A DNA stretch of 62,782 nt, counting the filler, from Nemertoderma westbladi (taxonomy: Eukaryota; Animalia; Xenacoelomorpha), in assembly GCA_032718475.1 (NCBI GenBank). It is 4 parts of 4 records of this genome, joined end to end, with 100 filler letters (N's around TTAATTAATTAA, not from the genome) between each part and the next. Parts side by side here need not be neighbours in the genome. Positions count along the whole stretch, not along the records: positions 44,006 to 55,492 come from JAUCBJ010005843.1; positions 55,593 to 62,782 come from JAUCBJ010002944.1; 2 more parts are not named here. One strand, given 5' to 3'. Made by a program: the position numbers and the translations under genes. This document shows, in pieces, positions 48,560 to 60,862 of this stretch; position 1 is the stretch's first letter; each line of letters starts with the position of its first letter. A model generated the notes under the pieces. That model saw only the letters and a program-made list of their open reading frames with translations, made no database searches and was not told where the DNA came from.

Positions 48560-49300
48560 CATGCTCTCTACAGGACTCCCAAGTCTTTATGTAAATCTGT
48601 GGACTTTAGTGAGTGGTCGAGCATTACCTTACATTTGTCGTGATTAAAAAGAAGTTGGCACAATTTGCTCCAGCTGCCCAGGACATCCAAATCACGTAAA
48701 TCAATCAATCATCTGATCATGTAGTGGGGCAATAGAGGTGATGTTACTGGGGTCGAATATAGTGATGTCTTTAAAGGTCATCGGCGAAAAGATGAATGAG
48801 GTGAGTGAGTAGAGTTGGAACATCATCCACGTATTCAAGGAACAAGAAAACTCCAGCAACACTTCCCTGAGGAACACCACTGTCAACAGGTAGCCACGGT
48901 GATGTTTTCCCACTGATGCTGATGACCACGCGTTGGTATCTGCAAGAGAGAGAAATGCCCGAAACCAATTTAATAACTTGCCGATTATTCCATATTCCAG
49001 TATTCCAAGGGCCTGCAATTTGACAATTATTCTCTAGTGTGGCATTGAATCAAAGGCTTTCCGAAAGTCCAAGTATGCAGTGATTACATGCGATCATCTA
49101 GTACTTTGAACCAATGGAAATGGAAGATACAATCAAGTAGTTGTAGAGTGCATGCTGCATGATCGCCCTTTCTGGAAACCTTAATGGTCATCTAGGGTAT
49201 AACAGTATAAGGTTATTTTCCTTCATATAGCTGTATGTTTCATTGACAACGTTTTGTTTCATAACTTTGCAGACCACTGATGTTAGACTGATAGATCTTT
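48560..49300 (-). mobile_element. CR1-group LINE RT fragment
   Basis: YLDFRKAFDSMPH, SGVPQGSV, FADDL. Confidence 0.75.
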
Positions 49301-50984
49301 TTTAGATCTTTGCATAGATAGTGCTTTTATTAAGTGTTTTATGCGCGTGCGCGATGTCCTTTATTTTTTGAGGGGGATGATCTATTGATCAGGCAGTCGG
49401 ACGGTTAGTAAGAAGGTGGGCAGGTGGGTGTAAACAAGCCGCCGCGGTAACATATTCTCCTTTCCCTCAATTGGTAGGTAACAAAATCGTTTATTGTTTT
49501 GGTTAGAAAACCCTGTCTTGGTAACCTTCTCCTTTCCCTCAATTTGTAGGTAACAACGTCGTTTATGGCTTTGGTTAGAAATTAAAGCCGCTGTAACCTG
49601 CTCTTTTCCTTCAATTGGAAGGTAACATAACAACAGCGTTGATTAATTCCCACATTCCCATTCACCTTCCCATATTCTTTCATCATCTGGGTATAAACTC
49701 CACTGTATCAGCTGGCAATATGGGGCATGTTAAGTCATATACACACTACACAGTAGGCCTAGAGAGATACCCCTTCCTGCCTTCCCTTTAGCTGTTTAGC
49801 GTAATATAATATAACAAACATACAATAAATATTTTAAATGTAATATATTAATAAGTATCATTACCGTACTTAATTAATAATATTAATTATAATTAATATA
49901 ATTAACTTTAACATTTAATAATGATAACTATTAACAAGAAAGATTTACGAAAAAAATATGTTTTTAATAAAAGTTTAATGTTTCAACACCAACTAAATCT
50001 ACGAAAGTTGTTTACATCTGAAACTATCCATCTTTTCTGGGACAATCACACAACTTTCATACCCGCCATCCTTCATCCTATATCGCTTTTTTAATATATA
50101 ATAACATGCCTTTGTGCATTAGATGCATACCGGTATGCCTGTACTGCTCTGGTCTGGTACTTCATATGATGATAATACGTAACAGGCAACCTGAAACGTG
50201 ATCCCCTTTTCAGCTATTGGCTATTTACCTAACAGCCAGTTAGGTAAATATTATATCTCTTTCTCCTGATTGGTTATAGAATCAGATGCTGTCAGATCAG
50301 ATCAGATCAGATCAGATAAGGACAGACGTTTTATTCTACCTCCGAAATTTGAGGTTTTATCTCAAATTTGAGGTTTAACCTCAAATTTCAATTTTCGCCC
50401 CCAATAAAAGCATGTTTGCATCGGTGAAATATTTTATTGCATCGATGAAAGTTCTTATTTTACATTATATTTTAACATATTAAAAGTAGAAGTTGCTCCA
50501 ACAGTTTCCCTAAGTCGCAGCAACACTCGATATTATGAGCCTAAAAATACCTCAAATTTGAACAAAAAACCCCAATTTTCGACAGCCTATTACCAGAATT
50601 CGAAATTTGGGGTAACCCCAAAATTGATGATCTCCCTGACTGACCGGACCGGTAAATGTGAAATGGTTTCATGGTTTGCATTTGCTTGCATAGGCCTGCC
50701 TGGCCTATCTCGGTTGTCGGTATCTGCATATTCAGATATTGCTGTATTGCTTAGCCATGGCATGGCAGCATGGCCTACCGGCTGAGCTGACCGGTAATTA
50801 ACTACCGGTACCTAACAGACTAATACCTGACAGCCTGAATACTGTAATAGTCAGATAGTACCAGACCGGTTGACCGGTACTTAAGTACAGAAGTAATGTA
50901 ATGTAATGTAATTGCACTCCAAATAATTGCACCGACAAATAAAATAATTAATTATTTAAAATTAATCTTAATGACATACATATT

Positions 50985-52366
50985 CAGTTAGGTACAATGG
51001 CCAAATCTGGCAATGATTGTGATTGCCATATTTGGCAACCAAGCAAAATCTGGCAACATTTCTGATTGCCTGATTTGGCAACTAGGCCTATATAAAGCCG
51101 TTGTTGCCATATTTGGCAACTTAACTAACTCATTGAATATGGCTTATTATATTTCTGCGTCATTACAGCATTAAGTCCTTCTATGGCAGTATGGATGGAC
51201 ATTCCTTAGATCCTGAAATGTTAATGTTAGGCCTAGAAAAAAGGGATACGGATAGGGCCAGGTTACAGGTTATACTTATACCGGTAGTTCAAACCAATAC
51301 AGCAATATATCCTAATAAATGAGGTGAGAATGAGAGTCAATAATACAAACACAGACTGACTGGTAATCTTGCTAGTAATCTCTGGTGCTGCTTGGGGAGG
51401 TGGTTGATTGTTGTTTGTACCAATAATAGTTTAGTAGTTAAAGATTGTAACTGTGTAATGCTGATACAATTGCCCAGCAATCTAAATCATCCTTCACTCT
51501 ATTTCTATATCAGTTCAGTATATCTATCTTTCCATTCCTACATCAGTACATACAGACAGACATAATGAAAATAATTTCATCCCGTTTTTCATTAGGGCCT
51601 ACTAGAAACAATTTGGTTGAATCCCTTAAACACGCGTTTTGGTTTTCTCAGTCTTTCTAAATTTTGACACTATTTTTCTTCTGTCAGTCTGTCACGCCGT
51701 TTCTCAACCTTTAATGCCCCCCTGCCTTCTTGCTTCCTTTTGGTGATGTTCACGTTCTGACCTCCGACGTTGTCAAATATTATTACATTTATTTCCATTT
51801 CAGCCTTTGAAGCATGTGATTCTTTAGTTTTGTTTATGCCTATACCATATACCAGTCTACCAGTCCACGGTATCTGTTACAGACTCATCCATCTTTCCAT
51901 TAACATATTAACATTAACAACATATCAAATACCTGAATACATTCTGACATTTCATCAACTAATGTTTTGTTTATAAATCATAACAACTCGACAAGGGTAA
52001 GCAAGAAGTAAGCAATTTTGAAGTAATTTACAATGACAGAGTTACTGACAGGGCTGCATAATGATAATTGTTGCCAAAAATGGCAACCATTATTTTTCTT
52101 TAATTCTAATGGTTGCCAAAAATGGCAATAATTATTTTAGGCACATTTCGGCCTATTGCTAAGAGAAATTCAGACGATGATTTTTTTTCTTATACGGTCA
52201 ATTATATTTAAATTTCGCGCTCTTTTCACTTACCTATTTACCAAAATGCGATTTTGCTTCTGGGCGTGCGAAAATTAGAAAAACCAAAAGTTGCCAGATT
52301 TGGCAATAAACATTGCCATATGTGGCAACTTTTGAGGTTGCCAGATTTGGCCATTGTACCTAACTG
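50985..52366. mobile_element. Non-autonomous DNA transposon with 29-bp TIR and 5-bp TSD
   Basis: ATATT|CAGTTAGGTACAATGGCCAAATCTGGCAA ... TTGCCAGATTTGGCCATTGTACCTAACTG|ATATT; many subterminal TTGCCA.ATTTGGCAA palindromes. Confidence 0.82.
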
Positions 52367-52569
52367 ATATTCACATAATGAAATTAAATCAGACCTTTAA
52401 TTAAACAATTATAATATGTATGGAGGGCAGAGGGAGAAGATAACCCAGGCAATGTTGCACTTACGAGCGTATCTCTATTGGAATTAAGTAAAAATATTGC
52501 AAACTAAAAAAATAAAATGGTAAAACACGGTCGGTCATTATGAACAGAGAAAATATATAAAAAAAATAA

Positions 52570-53760
52570 AAATCAAATCAAAATACGAGGCGGGGTATAA
52601 TGTGTGCATATTTAAACAAAATGACACAAGTGACTAAAATCAATATGACGTATATCTGTATATGGCAATTAAAAATATACAAATTACGTGCATTAACGGC
52701 ATCTGAGGGCAAGGAATTCCACACGGATAATATACGGCTGGCAAAACGATTTCTGACAACGACTAGCCTGCTAGGCTGTGCAAACAGTTTCATGTTAAGG
52801 CCTCGCAAACCTTGCCGTTGCACATGCGAGAAAAAATCGTTAAAATGAAGGTCAATGTTATTGTGACAAATATTATAAACCATACGGATATCAAAAATAA
52901 TTCGCCTAACTTCTAATGGTTGGAGTTTCAAGTGTATTAATCTATTAGAGTAACTGTTATCTATGTGTGTTAACTGACATCTTGAAAACAATCGTCTGGT
53001 GAAATATCGTTGGACGCGCTCAACCAATTTTATATTACAAATTTGGTGAGGAGACCAAACCACAGTACAATACTCTGACAGTGGACGAACATACGCCTTA
53101 TAAGCCGTAATAAGTTAATAAGTACATTGACATTAGAAGTGGAAGCACCTAAATATTATATTGCACATTTTATACGCCTTGGATACTTGTTGGCTGCAGT
53201 ATTTGCTGAAACGCAGATTTTTGGTAAGGATAATACCTAGGTCCTTACAACTCTCCTTGAGTTCTAGAATAGAACCGTTGAGAGTGTACTCACTCGGTGT
53301 GCGTGTAGTGTACGAAGGTGAAGTACATGACATTTGTGCGCAGCGACATTGAGCTGCCAGGTTTTACTCCAACCTGCCAACTGGCTAATCTATCCAACGC
53401 ATTTTGAATGTTTGCCGGATTATTACTGTTTCCATATAATTTTAAATCGTCAGTAAATAGTTTGCAACCTACATTTCAGCATTTGGAAATTCCGAAGGCA
53501 AATCGTTTACAAAAACTAGGAACAAAATCGGCCCCAAGACGCTTCCTTGGGGTGTTCCTGATTTGACGTCAACATAATCTGAGTATTTGTATCCAACTAA
53601 AACACGTTGACTACGATTAGCTAAGAAGGCGACTATCCAGTCTGCCAGTCAAATAGATTACCTGAAATCCCATACCGGTACGCGGCCAGTTTTTGTAAAA
53701 GTTTAGAGTGTACCACCTTATCGAAGGCCTTCTCGAAGTCGATATAAATAATATCGAAGT
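52570..53760 (-). mobile_element. CR1-group LINE RT and 3' end
   Basis: IYIDFEKAFDKV, GTPQGSVLGPILF, FTDDLK, WSPH..VERVQRYFTRR, WNSLP. Confidence 0.85.
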
Positions 53761-54200
53761 AGGCCTACTATCATGACTATATGCTCTAGGCAGCGCAGCT
53801 AGGCCTCCTACTGGTACCTATCTACAGATCTACCTATCTACATCTGTACATCACTATCAGACTGACTATGCTGACTGACTAGGCCCTACAGCCCGGGCTG
53901 CCTGGGCCTCGGGGCTATATAATTAGGCTTACAGGCTTAGGCCTGTAGGCCATGCTGCCATGGCATATCAGACTGCTGGACTGGCATAGCATGAAACAGT
54001 ATGCAGTAGCGGTCCGGCAGTCCGGTATCGGTATACATGTACCATGTACGGATGTACCTTCAGTCAGTCAGTGTCAGACCAGCAAACGGTTGTGGGTTGT
54101 GGTAGGGCTGTAGGGTTGTACAAATTTCACTAGGCCTACTCTTACTTCACTTCCTAGTACTGTATTAAAGTCCATTGAATTTGTTAGAGCTGTATTACAA

Positions 54201-54816
54201 CACGTTCGTGGGGACTTCGCGCAGCACGTAGTCGGCAAGCCTTGGCATACGGTTCATATAGAGCAAATGGGGCATGTCTAGTTTGGACCCCATATCCCAT
54301 GCTATAAATGTATTCATTCGATATACAATCATATGTTAATCCGCTAGGTGGTGTCAAATTGTTATTCTGCAATTTCGTACTTACCAGTGCAGCACTGTAC
54401 AGCAGTACCGTACCGGTAGGCCTATGTCATTACTTCTGAGTCTCTAGCGGATCCCCAATTAAATGTCTTAACTTTTCAATTTCGTAAAAGATAGACTTCA
54501 TGATTCCTTACAGGCCACCAATATTTCAGCTCAGGAAAATGAGGCCTTCCCGAGAAATTGACATTTTCTAAAAACCACATAATCTGTCGTAGCTGACGTC
54601 AGACTGCATGATTTTTCACCAAACTTTACAAACTTTCTAAACTTTCTCTCTACTACTTACCTACTAAGTTTGGTTCAATTCCGAACCAGCGATGCCGAGA
54701 AATTCGCGTTCAAACATTTACCAGACAGACAGACAGACAGACAGACAGACGGACATGCCCCATTTGCCCTATATGAACCGTATGCCAAGGCTCGCCGACT
54801 ACGTGTCTCGCCCCAC
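54201..54816 (-). mobile_element. Helentron/DINE-like non-autonomous element with (GTCT)n microsatellite and inverted core duplication
   Basis: Same termini as 5823-7439; (CAGA)n at 54722-54750; 54225-54278 is the inverse of 54752-54805. Confidence 0.7.
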
Positions 54817-55492
54817 AGCAGTACAGAGCTGTATTACAGCTGTGGGTCTTACTGTCATATTTGTATTATATACTGATATATGCTTATTGGCGTCAAAATT
54901 TTATGAGTGGATCTTCGATTTTAAAATACTTCGTCCAGATTGAATCTCAAACCATGGCACCACCACAGCGAATCTCAACGAGAGAAAGCCGCCCCAATAT
55001 TAGATTATTACAACAACATATCCATTGGGTAAGAAAGTGGAGGAGAGCCAGCCCGTCTCTTAATTTTTTACTTTATATTACGCGATCAATTTTCACTCAT
55101 CTCGTCATGAACCCAACATGTATGTAACCTTTTGTTAAATTTGTTGGCTATGCGTTTGCGGTTGTTTGGGCGGAGTGTGGTAGGCCTACACTTTTCACAC
55201 TTAAATATTTTGGTTGTGAAATGTTACAGGGCATAGCGATCTGAGATATTTCATTTATATTTTATTATGAGAGGAAGAAGAACATACAACGTTATTTACT
55301 ACCGGTACTGTATGTAACAAAATAATTGTTTTCGGGTTTAACTTGGAAGCCTCCCCAAATAGTTGATATACAATTATATTTAAAATTATTTCCATGGTCA
55401 TGGTCATTCACCCGTCTTTAATTAGAAATTTGTTTGCATGAAAGACAGTTTAGTTTAGTTTTTACTGGTTTATTATCTCTTATCTGACTGGG

Positions 55493-55592
55493 NNNNNNNN
55501 NNNNNNNNNNNNNNNNNNNNNNNNNNNNNNNNNNNNTTAATTAATTAANNNNNNNNNNNNNNNNNNNNNNNNNNNNNNNNNNNNNNNNNNNN
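55493..55592. other. Assembly gap with TTAATTAATTAA linker
   Basis: N run with central linker. Confidence 0.97.
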
Positions 55593-56879
55593 GCGAACAT
55601 ATTTCTCAGCAAATACTGTAAAGATAAGTACCCTGTGAAACCTACCCTACAGCAAATAAATAACACATTCCCACAATCCGATCAAAATTGTTAAATTCCT
55701 ACAGGGGCAGTCAGCCTTAAGGGGGCCAACTATAACCCCCACAGAAATGAAATTTTCGAAAATTTACACAACTTTTTGTAGTTTGATAGAAGGGCTTTCA
55801 TAAAAGGTGATATCGGTTTTCAACATTGAATTATTTTTTTACCTCAAAACTGCTCTTTCAACAACATAATATATTGCTGATATTTATGACTCTCTGTATA
55901 AAAAACCTTTTTTATCAGTTTGTCAATTTTGACTTTTTTCATCACTAAATTCTACTACTAAATTCTACTACTATTTTATTTTTTACTCAATTGCCATCAA
56001 ATACTGTATATACCAAAATGTTCAGCAGCTTTAGGACTACTATCGTAGGTTTTGTAAAACATGGCCATTTGGATCTTCTATAACCGATTGTGTAACTGCT
56101 ACACTTTGTCTATCACAAAATATTTGATTCCCAAAATATAGCCCGGACATACTAAAACCTCCATAAATTTTTAAAAACAATAATTTTGTGCTAATAAAAT
56201 TGTTTTAAAGTTTTCATAGAATATAGCCTAGGTCTATTTTACCAAAGTCTTGGGCCAAGAACTTCAATGCAGGTGGTATTACAGATCTTTAAACATGAGC
56301 TAAGTTACATATTAATGCCTCACAATTTATAGAATTTTTGAAAAAAAACCGACCTGCTCAAAAAGTGCCATATTATTCGAACAAACGGTTTATGAAGTTA
56401 TCTATACTCAGTTTTAATAGTAGGCCTATATAAAAGATCACAGATCATTGTGTTAAAATTTCAGAATAGTAGCTTTATAAATAAAACAAATAGATATGGG
56501 GTAATGGTCCCATTAATATATTAAAAATTAAAGCTTGAGAAATTCTACCAAATTCCACTTTTTATAGCAAAGGGTTATTTTTATAGGCATAATAGGCCGT
56601 TTAGTAATGTTACAAATCTTGATGAAAACTATTTTTGCAAAGTACTTATTATTAAAGTAATTACTAAAGTACTTACTTTAGTACTTATTTGCACGCAGTC
56701 ATCCAACGGAAATACAGTACTTTATATATCATTCGCAACATTTTCAGTTGTTTTTTAAGCAGCTTTTTCTTTTGAAAGGGTTTGCGGAAAAATACCAATT
56801 TTCGGGCCATTTTTGGAAATTACTAAAATGTGCCTTAGGGCCACCAGAGGCTTAATCCGGCACTGCTCGCTGTCGATGA

Positions 56880-59270
56880 CATAATAATCTGGAAGAAGGT
56901 CAGTTAACCCTCAGCTAGTGCATGATGCGTCATCAGTGATAAAATCAGGGTAGGTAACAGTACGTGCATTTAGATCACCAATGATTAGAAAATCAACATT
57001 ATTGTACCTACACGTGAAGTAGGCCACAGCACGTTCTAACTCGACTAAAATGCCTAGGGCATCTCCACCGTGACTAGTGGAAGTTACTGGAGGGATGTAC
57101 GCACAACACAAAATAATATCTTTCTGGTGCTTGATGACCTTTCCATCAAGCTTTAACCATAAAATGTCATCTGAGTCAAAATCGTGCAAAACCGATAAGT
57201 ACGGATCTAGATAATCCTTAAAATAGATTAGCACTCCACCACTAAATCTTTTCGCATTTTTGTGTTTAGTTTTTCTACATTTCCTAGTAGAGCTGTAACC
57301 ATCAATATCTACACTAACCAATGCGTTCGGACTTAGAAAGGTGTCTACACAAATGAATACATCATATGACCTTATTGTTTCACAAAAATTTGGATCATTA
57401 ACTGTTGTGGCAAGGCCTTCCACATGTAATAAACCGATCTTTAGTTCTGTATTTAAGCTGAGCTCTGCCTGGCTCGGACCAGTCCGGTCAGTTAACCGTT
57501 GGCCTCCAGATTGCCCACTTCGGGGGGCGCATTGTTGACCGGCTGGTTGGGTGGGTCACCCTCACCGCGTTCAGCTAGCACTTTGAATCAGTTACGGATA
57601 CTAGCGGGGCCCAACTCGCCTGTATCCGGACTTCCTGCATGATTTAAACCCGATGGTGTTCCCGTTCGCGATTCTGGTATCACTATCCACTCGGCGCTGT
57701 TACTAGTAGATTGGTTATGTTGTCATTGCAGCTGCACTTTGATTGGTGGCTGGTTAAGATATATCAGTTCTTCCTCGTCTGGGTCGACAGAACCTTGTTG
57801 CATATACTCCTCGATTTCCAAGTCCGCTTCCCGAATTGATTCTTCCGTTGGTTCTTGTGGAGGCGACACACTACAACGCACCGCCGTGGTGGTCCCAACA
57901 GCTGGTGCGGGCAGCGGGCGAGAAGGTAATGAGGCATGGAATACTGGCAGAGTGTGGCTTTCGTGAACCACAACCTCATGTTGTGCCTGCGAATGCGAAT
58001 GCAGTGGAAGTGTCGGTTGGAACGGCGTGTACGGTCGATAACTGTTAATCGCTGGGTGCCGTACCTGGTTGTAGTAGGGACCCTCTGCAGCTCGTCCTCC
58101 GACACCGACTGGACCACCGCTGCCGCCGATAATTGGGCGTGAATCGACCTGGGTTTGCCACCGTTACTCGAGCTCTGTTAAACACTTCCCCCTGAGACAT
58201 AGAGGAAGAGGATGACGTAACTGGGGGTTGTACCTGAGAATAGCGTTGTCGAAGTTATTTGAAAATAACGAGGTCAGCACTTTAGGGGGGGAGGGGGGTT
58301 GGGAAAATCTGATGACGTGCTGATGAGGGGAGGGGAGGGGGTCAGCCAAAATCTAACGTCAGCATGTTCATTTTAGGTGCTAGAAGAGATATAGCAGAAG
58401 AGTAAATAGCTTGCCTATTTTAATTGTTCGAAGTCCCCGAAGGCCCGTAGCACGACCTTCTGTTTCAGTTACCAGTCACCATGTTTCAGTGATTAGGACG
58501 CGAAAATTTTTTTAATCTGATTTAGGGGAGGGGGGGGGGTCAACGCCTATCTGATGACATCTGATTTAGGGGAGGGAGGGGGTCAACATTTTGGGGAAAA
58601 GTGCAGACGTCATACTTGGACGGCCCCAAAGTCGTTATTTGCAAAATATAACATAATGTTATGTAGCGAGGTCGGTGTCTGTCAACAAACTACCCGCGAC
58701 ATGGTATACAGAGACAGGTCAACCAGATCCCAAGTCACTTGATTTAGAACGTCAGAGAAATTTTTCCGTTAAATATTATCGAGGCTTGACCTACACGAGC
58801 CCGTAATTTATGCTCTTAACCTTTGCCGCAATGCCAACTCCGAGATGAGTAAGAAGATTGATGAAGTAGTTGGTCTCACTTCTGATCCAGTAGCTGTCGC
58901 CAGAGTTCGTTTCTGTGAGTCGCCGAAATTGTATCAGCGTTTTACTTCTGTACCACTTGAGAAGGATCGACTGTGCTGTACTGTACGAGATTCAGGCTGC
59001 TGTCCACCAATCTCGCCGTCGAGCGTGGGAGGTGGAGTAGGACGCCATGAGTTCCGTTTTATGAGGCCAGGTCCAGACGGAGTACCATGTTGTTTCGTCG
59101 TGCCCACTCCTCTCTTCCAGGGACGAAATCGATTGGCCCAGGAAATAGGTGTCAGTGGAACTATCCCATATTGAATATCTATGGCGACCCAGTCCACCAC
59201 CATGCAGCCAACATCCTTCAGTGCATTGAGGTAACTTAACCCTACGTGAACTCTGACTCTGAGCCACCCT
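56880..59270 (-). mobile_element. 5' part of a CR1-group LINE (APE domain and probable ORF1 remnants), interrupted by a G-rich Harbinger-like MITE (~58220-58627)
   Basis: NVEGL, YDVF..VDTF, RFSGGVLIY, CAYIPP, IIGDLNART in 56911-57423; GC-rich ORF pieces upstream. Confidence 0.65.
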
Positions 59271-60010
59271 CCCTTTCTCTCCTTTATTTTCCCCTATTAT
59301 TATTTGTTTAACACTACAAAAATGGTGTATTATATAATTTAATTTAGTATTAATGTATTCTGTAACAATTATTTATTTATTTATTACTACAGTATTTATG
59401 TATAAACTAGTTTATTTATCTCGACTATTTATTTCCATGTATCTCTTTTTTTTCCCGAACGCTACACAAATCGATGGTGTAATATTTAATCTATCCTATG
59501 CAGGGCGTATGTATAACAATTATTTATTTCGAACGCTGCTACCTGTTTGTGCTTTGGACAGATAATATAATATTTATAGAATTAATTAACTTATTTATTT
59601 TGGTAGGCCTATACTATGACTCAGTGACTGCGTGCTACCTGGTCAGCTGATGGATATTAGATAATATTTAGAATTAATTAATTTTTCTTTTTTTTTTTTT
59701 TGTTAGTTTTGTTTTTCTTCTGCGTATTATTGCGAATGTTTACATTACTTGCACGGCACTTCCTTGTGGTGGTATATTTAGATTTTTATAATTATATTAT
59801 TTTGTCAATAAAATTACTAGGCCTACTATGTGTCGGTAGGCTGTGTGTGTATCTATCTATACTACCTTATTACTGGACTAGCAGCTATACAAGCCGTAAA
59901 GGCTGAAAAGTTTGGCAGATCTGCATTACTGGTAGCGGTAGGGGGCCTACTGTAACTGCAGTACTGGCATTACATCATTATTGAAATATGGCCTACCCTA
60001 CACCACAAGA

Positions 60011-60153
60011 CAATATGATAATGCTCTCCATAGCGAAAAATATCAACCGGCCCTGTTGGGGCTCGAACCCGGTACCTACTGTCTACTGACAACTGACCTA
60101 GGTTTCAAACTTCTGGTTATCATCAGCCTGCAGCCGGGTGAGTGTACTGAGCT
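60011..60153 (-). ncRNA. Second, more degenerate copy of the tRNA-like/hammerhead element
   Basis: Reverse complement: AGCTCAGTACACTCACCCGG[ctgcagg]CTGATGATAACCAGAAGTTTGAAACCTA...TAGGTACCGGGTTCGAGCCCC. Confidence 0.6.
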
Positions 60154-60304
60154 GTGTGGTGTATAGACCTAATACCGGTAGTTATTATTTGAGGCATGGT
60201 TGCCATTTCTGGCAGAGCACGGGAATAACGAAGTTGTACTTTCCTTTGAGTGATTAGTTGGCCTAAATATGATCTCCCACTCCACAGCGAAATATAATAT
60301 TCAT

Positions 60305-60413
60305 CCGGTCTGGTAGCTCAGTACACTCACACTCACCCGGCTGATGATAACCAGAAGTTTGAAACCTGGGTAGGTACCGGGTTCGAGCCCCAACAGGGCC
60401 GGTTGATAATTTT
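60305..60413 (+). ncRNA. tRNA-like Pol III element containing a type I hammerhead ribozyme fold
   Basis: A box TAGCTCAGT; stem I ACCCGG/CCGGGT; core CTGATGA (60341-60347); stem II AAC/GTT; GAAA (60361-60364); stem III CCT/AGG; GTA cleavage triplet; B box GGTTCGAGCCC; TTTT terminator. Confidence 0.68.
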
Positions 60414-60862
60414 CGCTATGGCTGTATGGAGAGCATTATCATATTGCTGTATTGCAGTATTGTCTTATTTACATTGCAGCATTGTATATTTAGAACCAGA
60501 TAATACTGTAATACTGTAATAGGTCCTACAATTACAATTATCAGATTATGCTATGACATGACCTGATGACAGTATGTTGCAGTACAATTACTGTATACAT
60601 CAGTCAGCCAGTACACCTAATGTAAATGGTAAATACTGAAATACACACGCAATATCTGAATAAACCTTCAAAAAGACACTGAAACACCAGAACACTAATC
60701 AGCCAATCTACAGCGATTTAAAAAGTCAAATTAGAATACCATACCGGTCATCCGGTCGCTGAATACAGGAATAACGTTGAACAGCCAGGTGCCAGGCCCG
60801 CCCAGTGCTGCAGTGCAGCAGTCAGGCAGTGCCCAGGTCTACTGGACTAGTAGCCACTAGCC

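Noticed and set aside
58300-58570. Other CTGATGA occurrences as hammerhead cores (also 1201 and 12899)
   Set aside because: No correctly placed GAAA or closing stems
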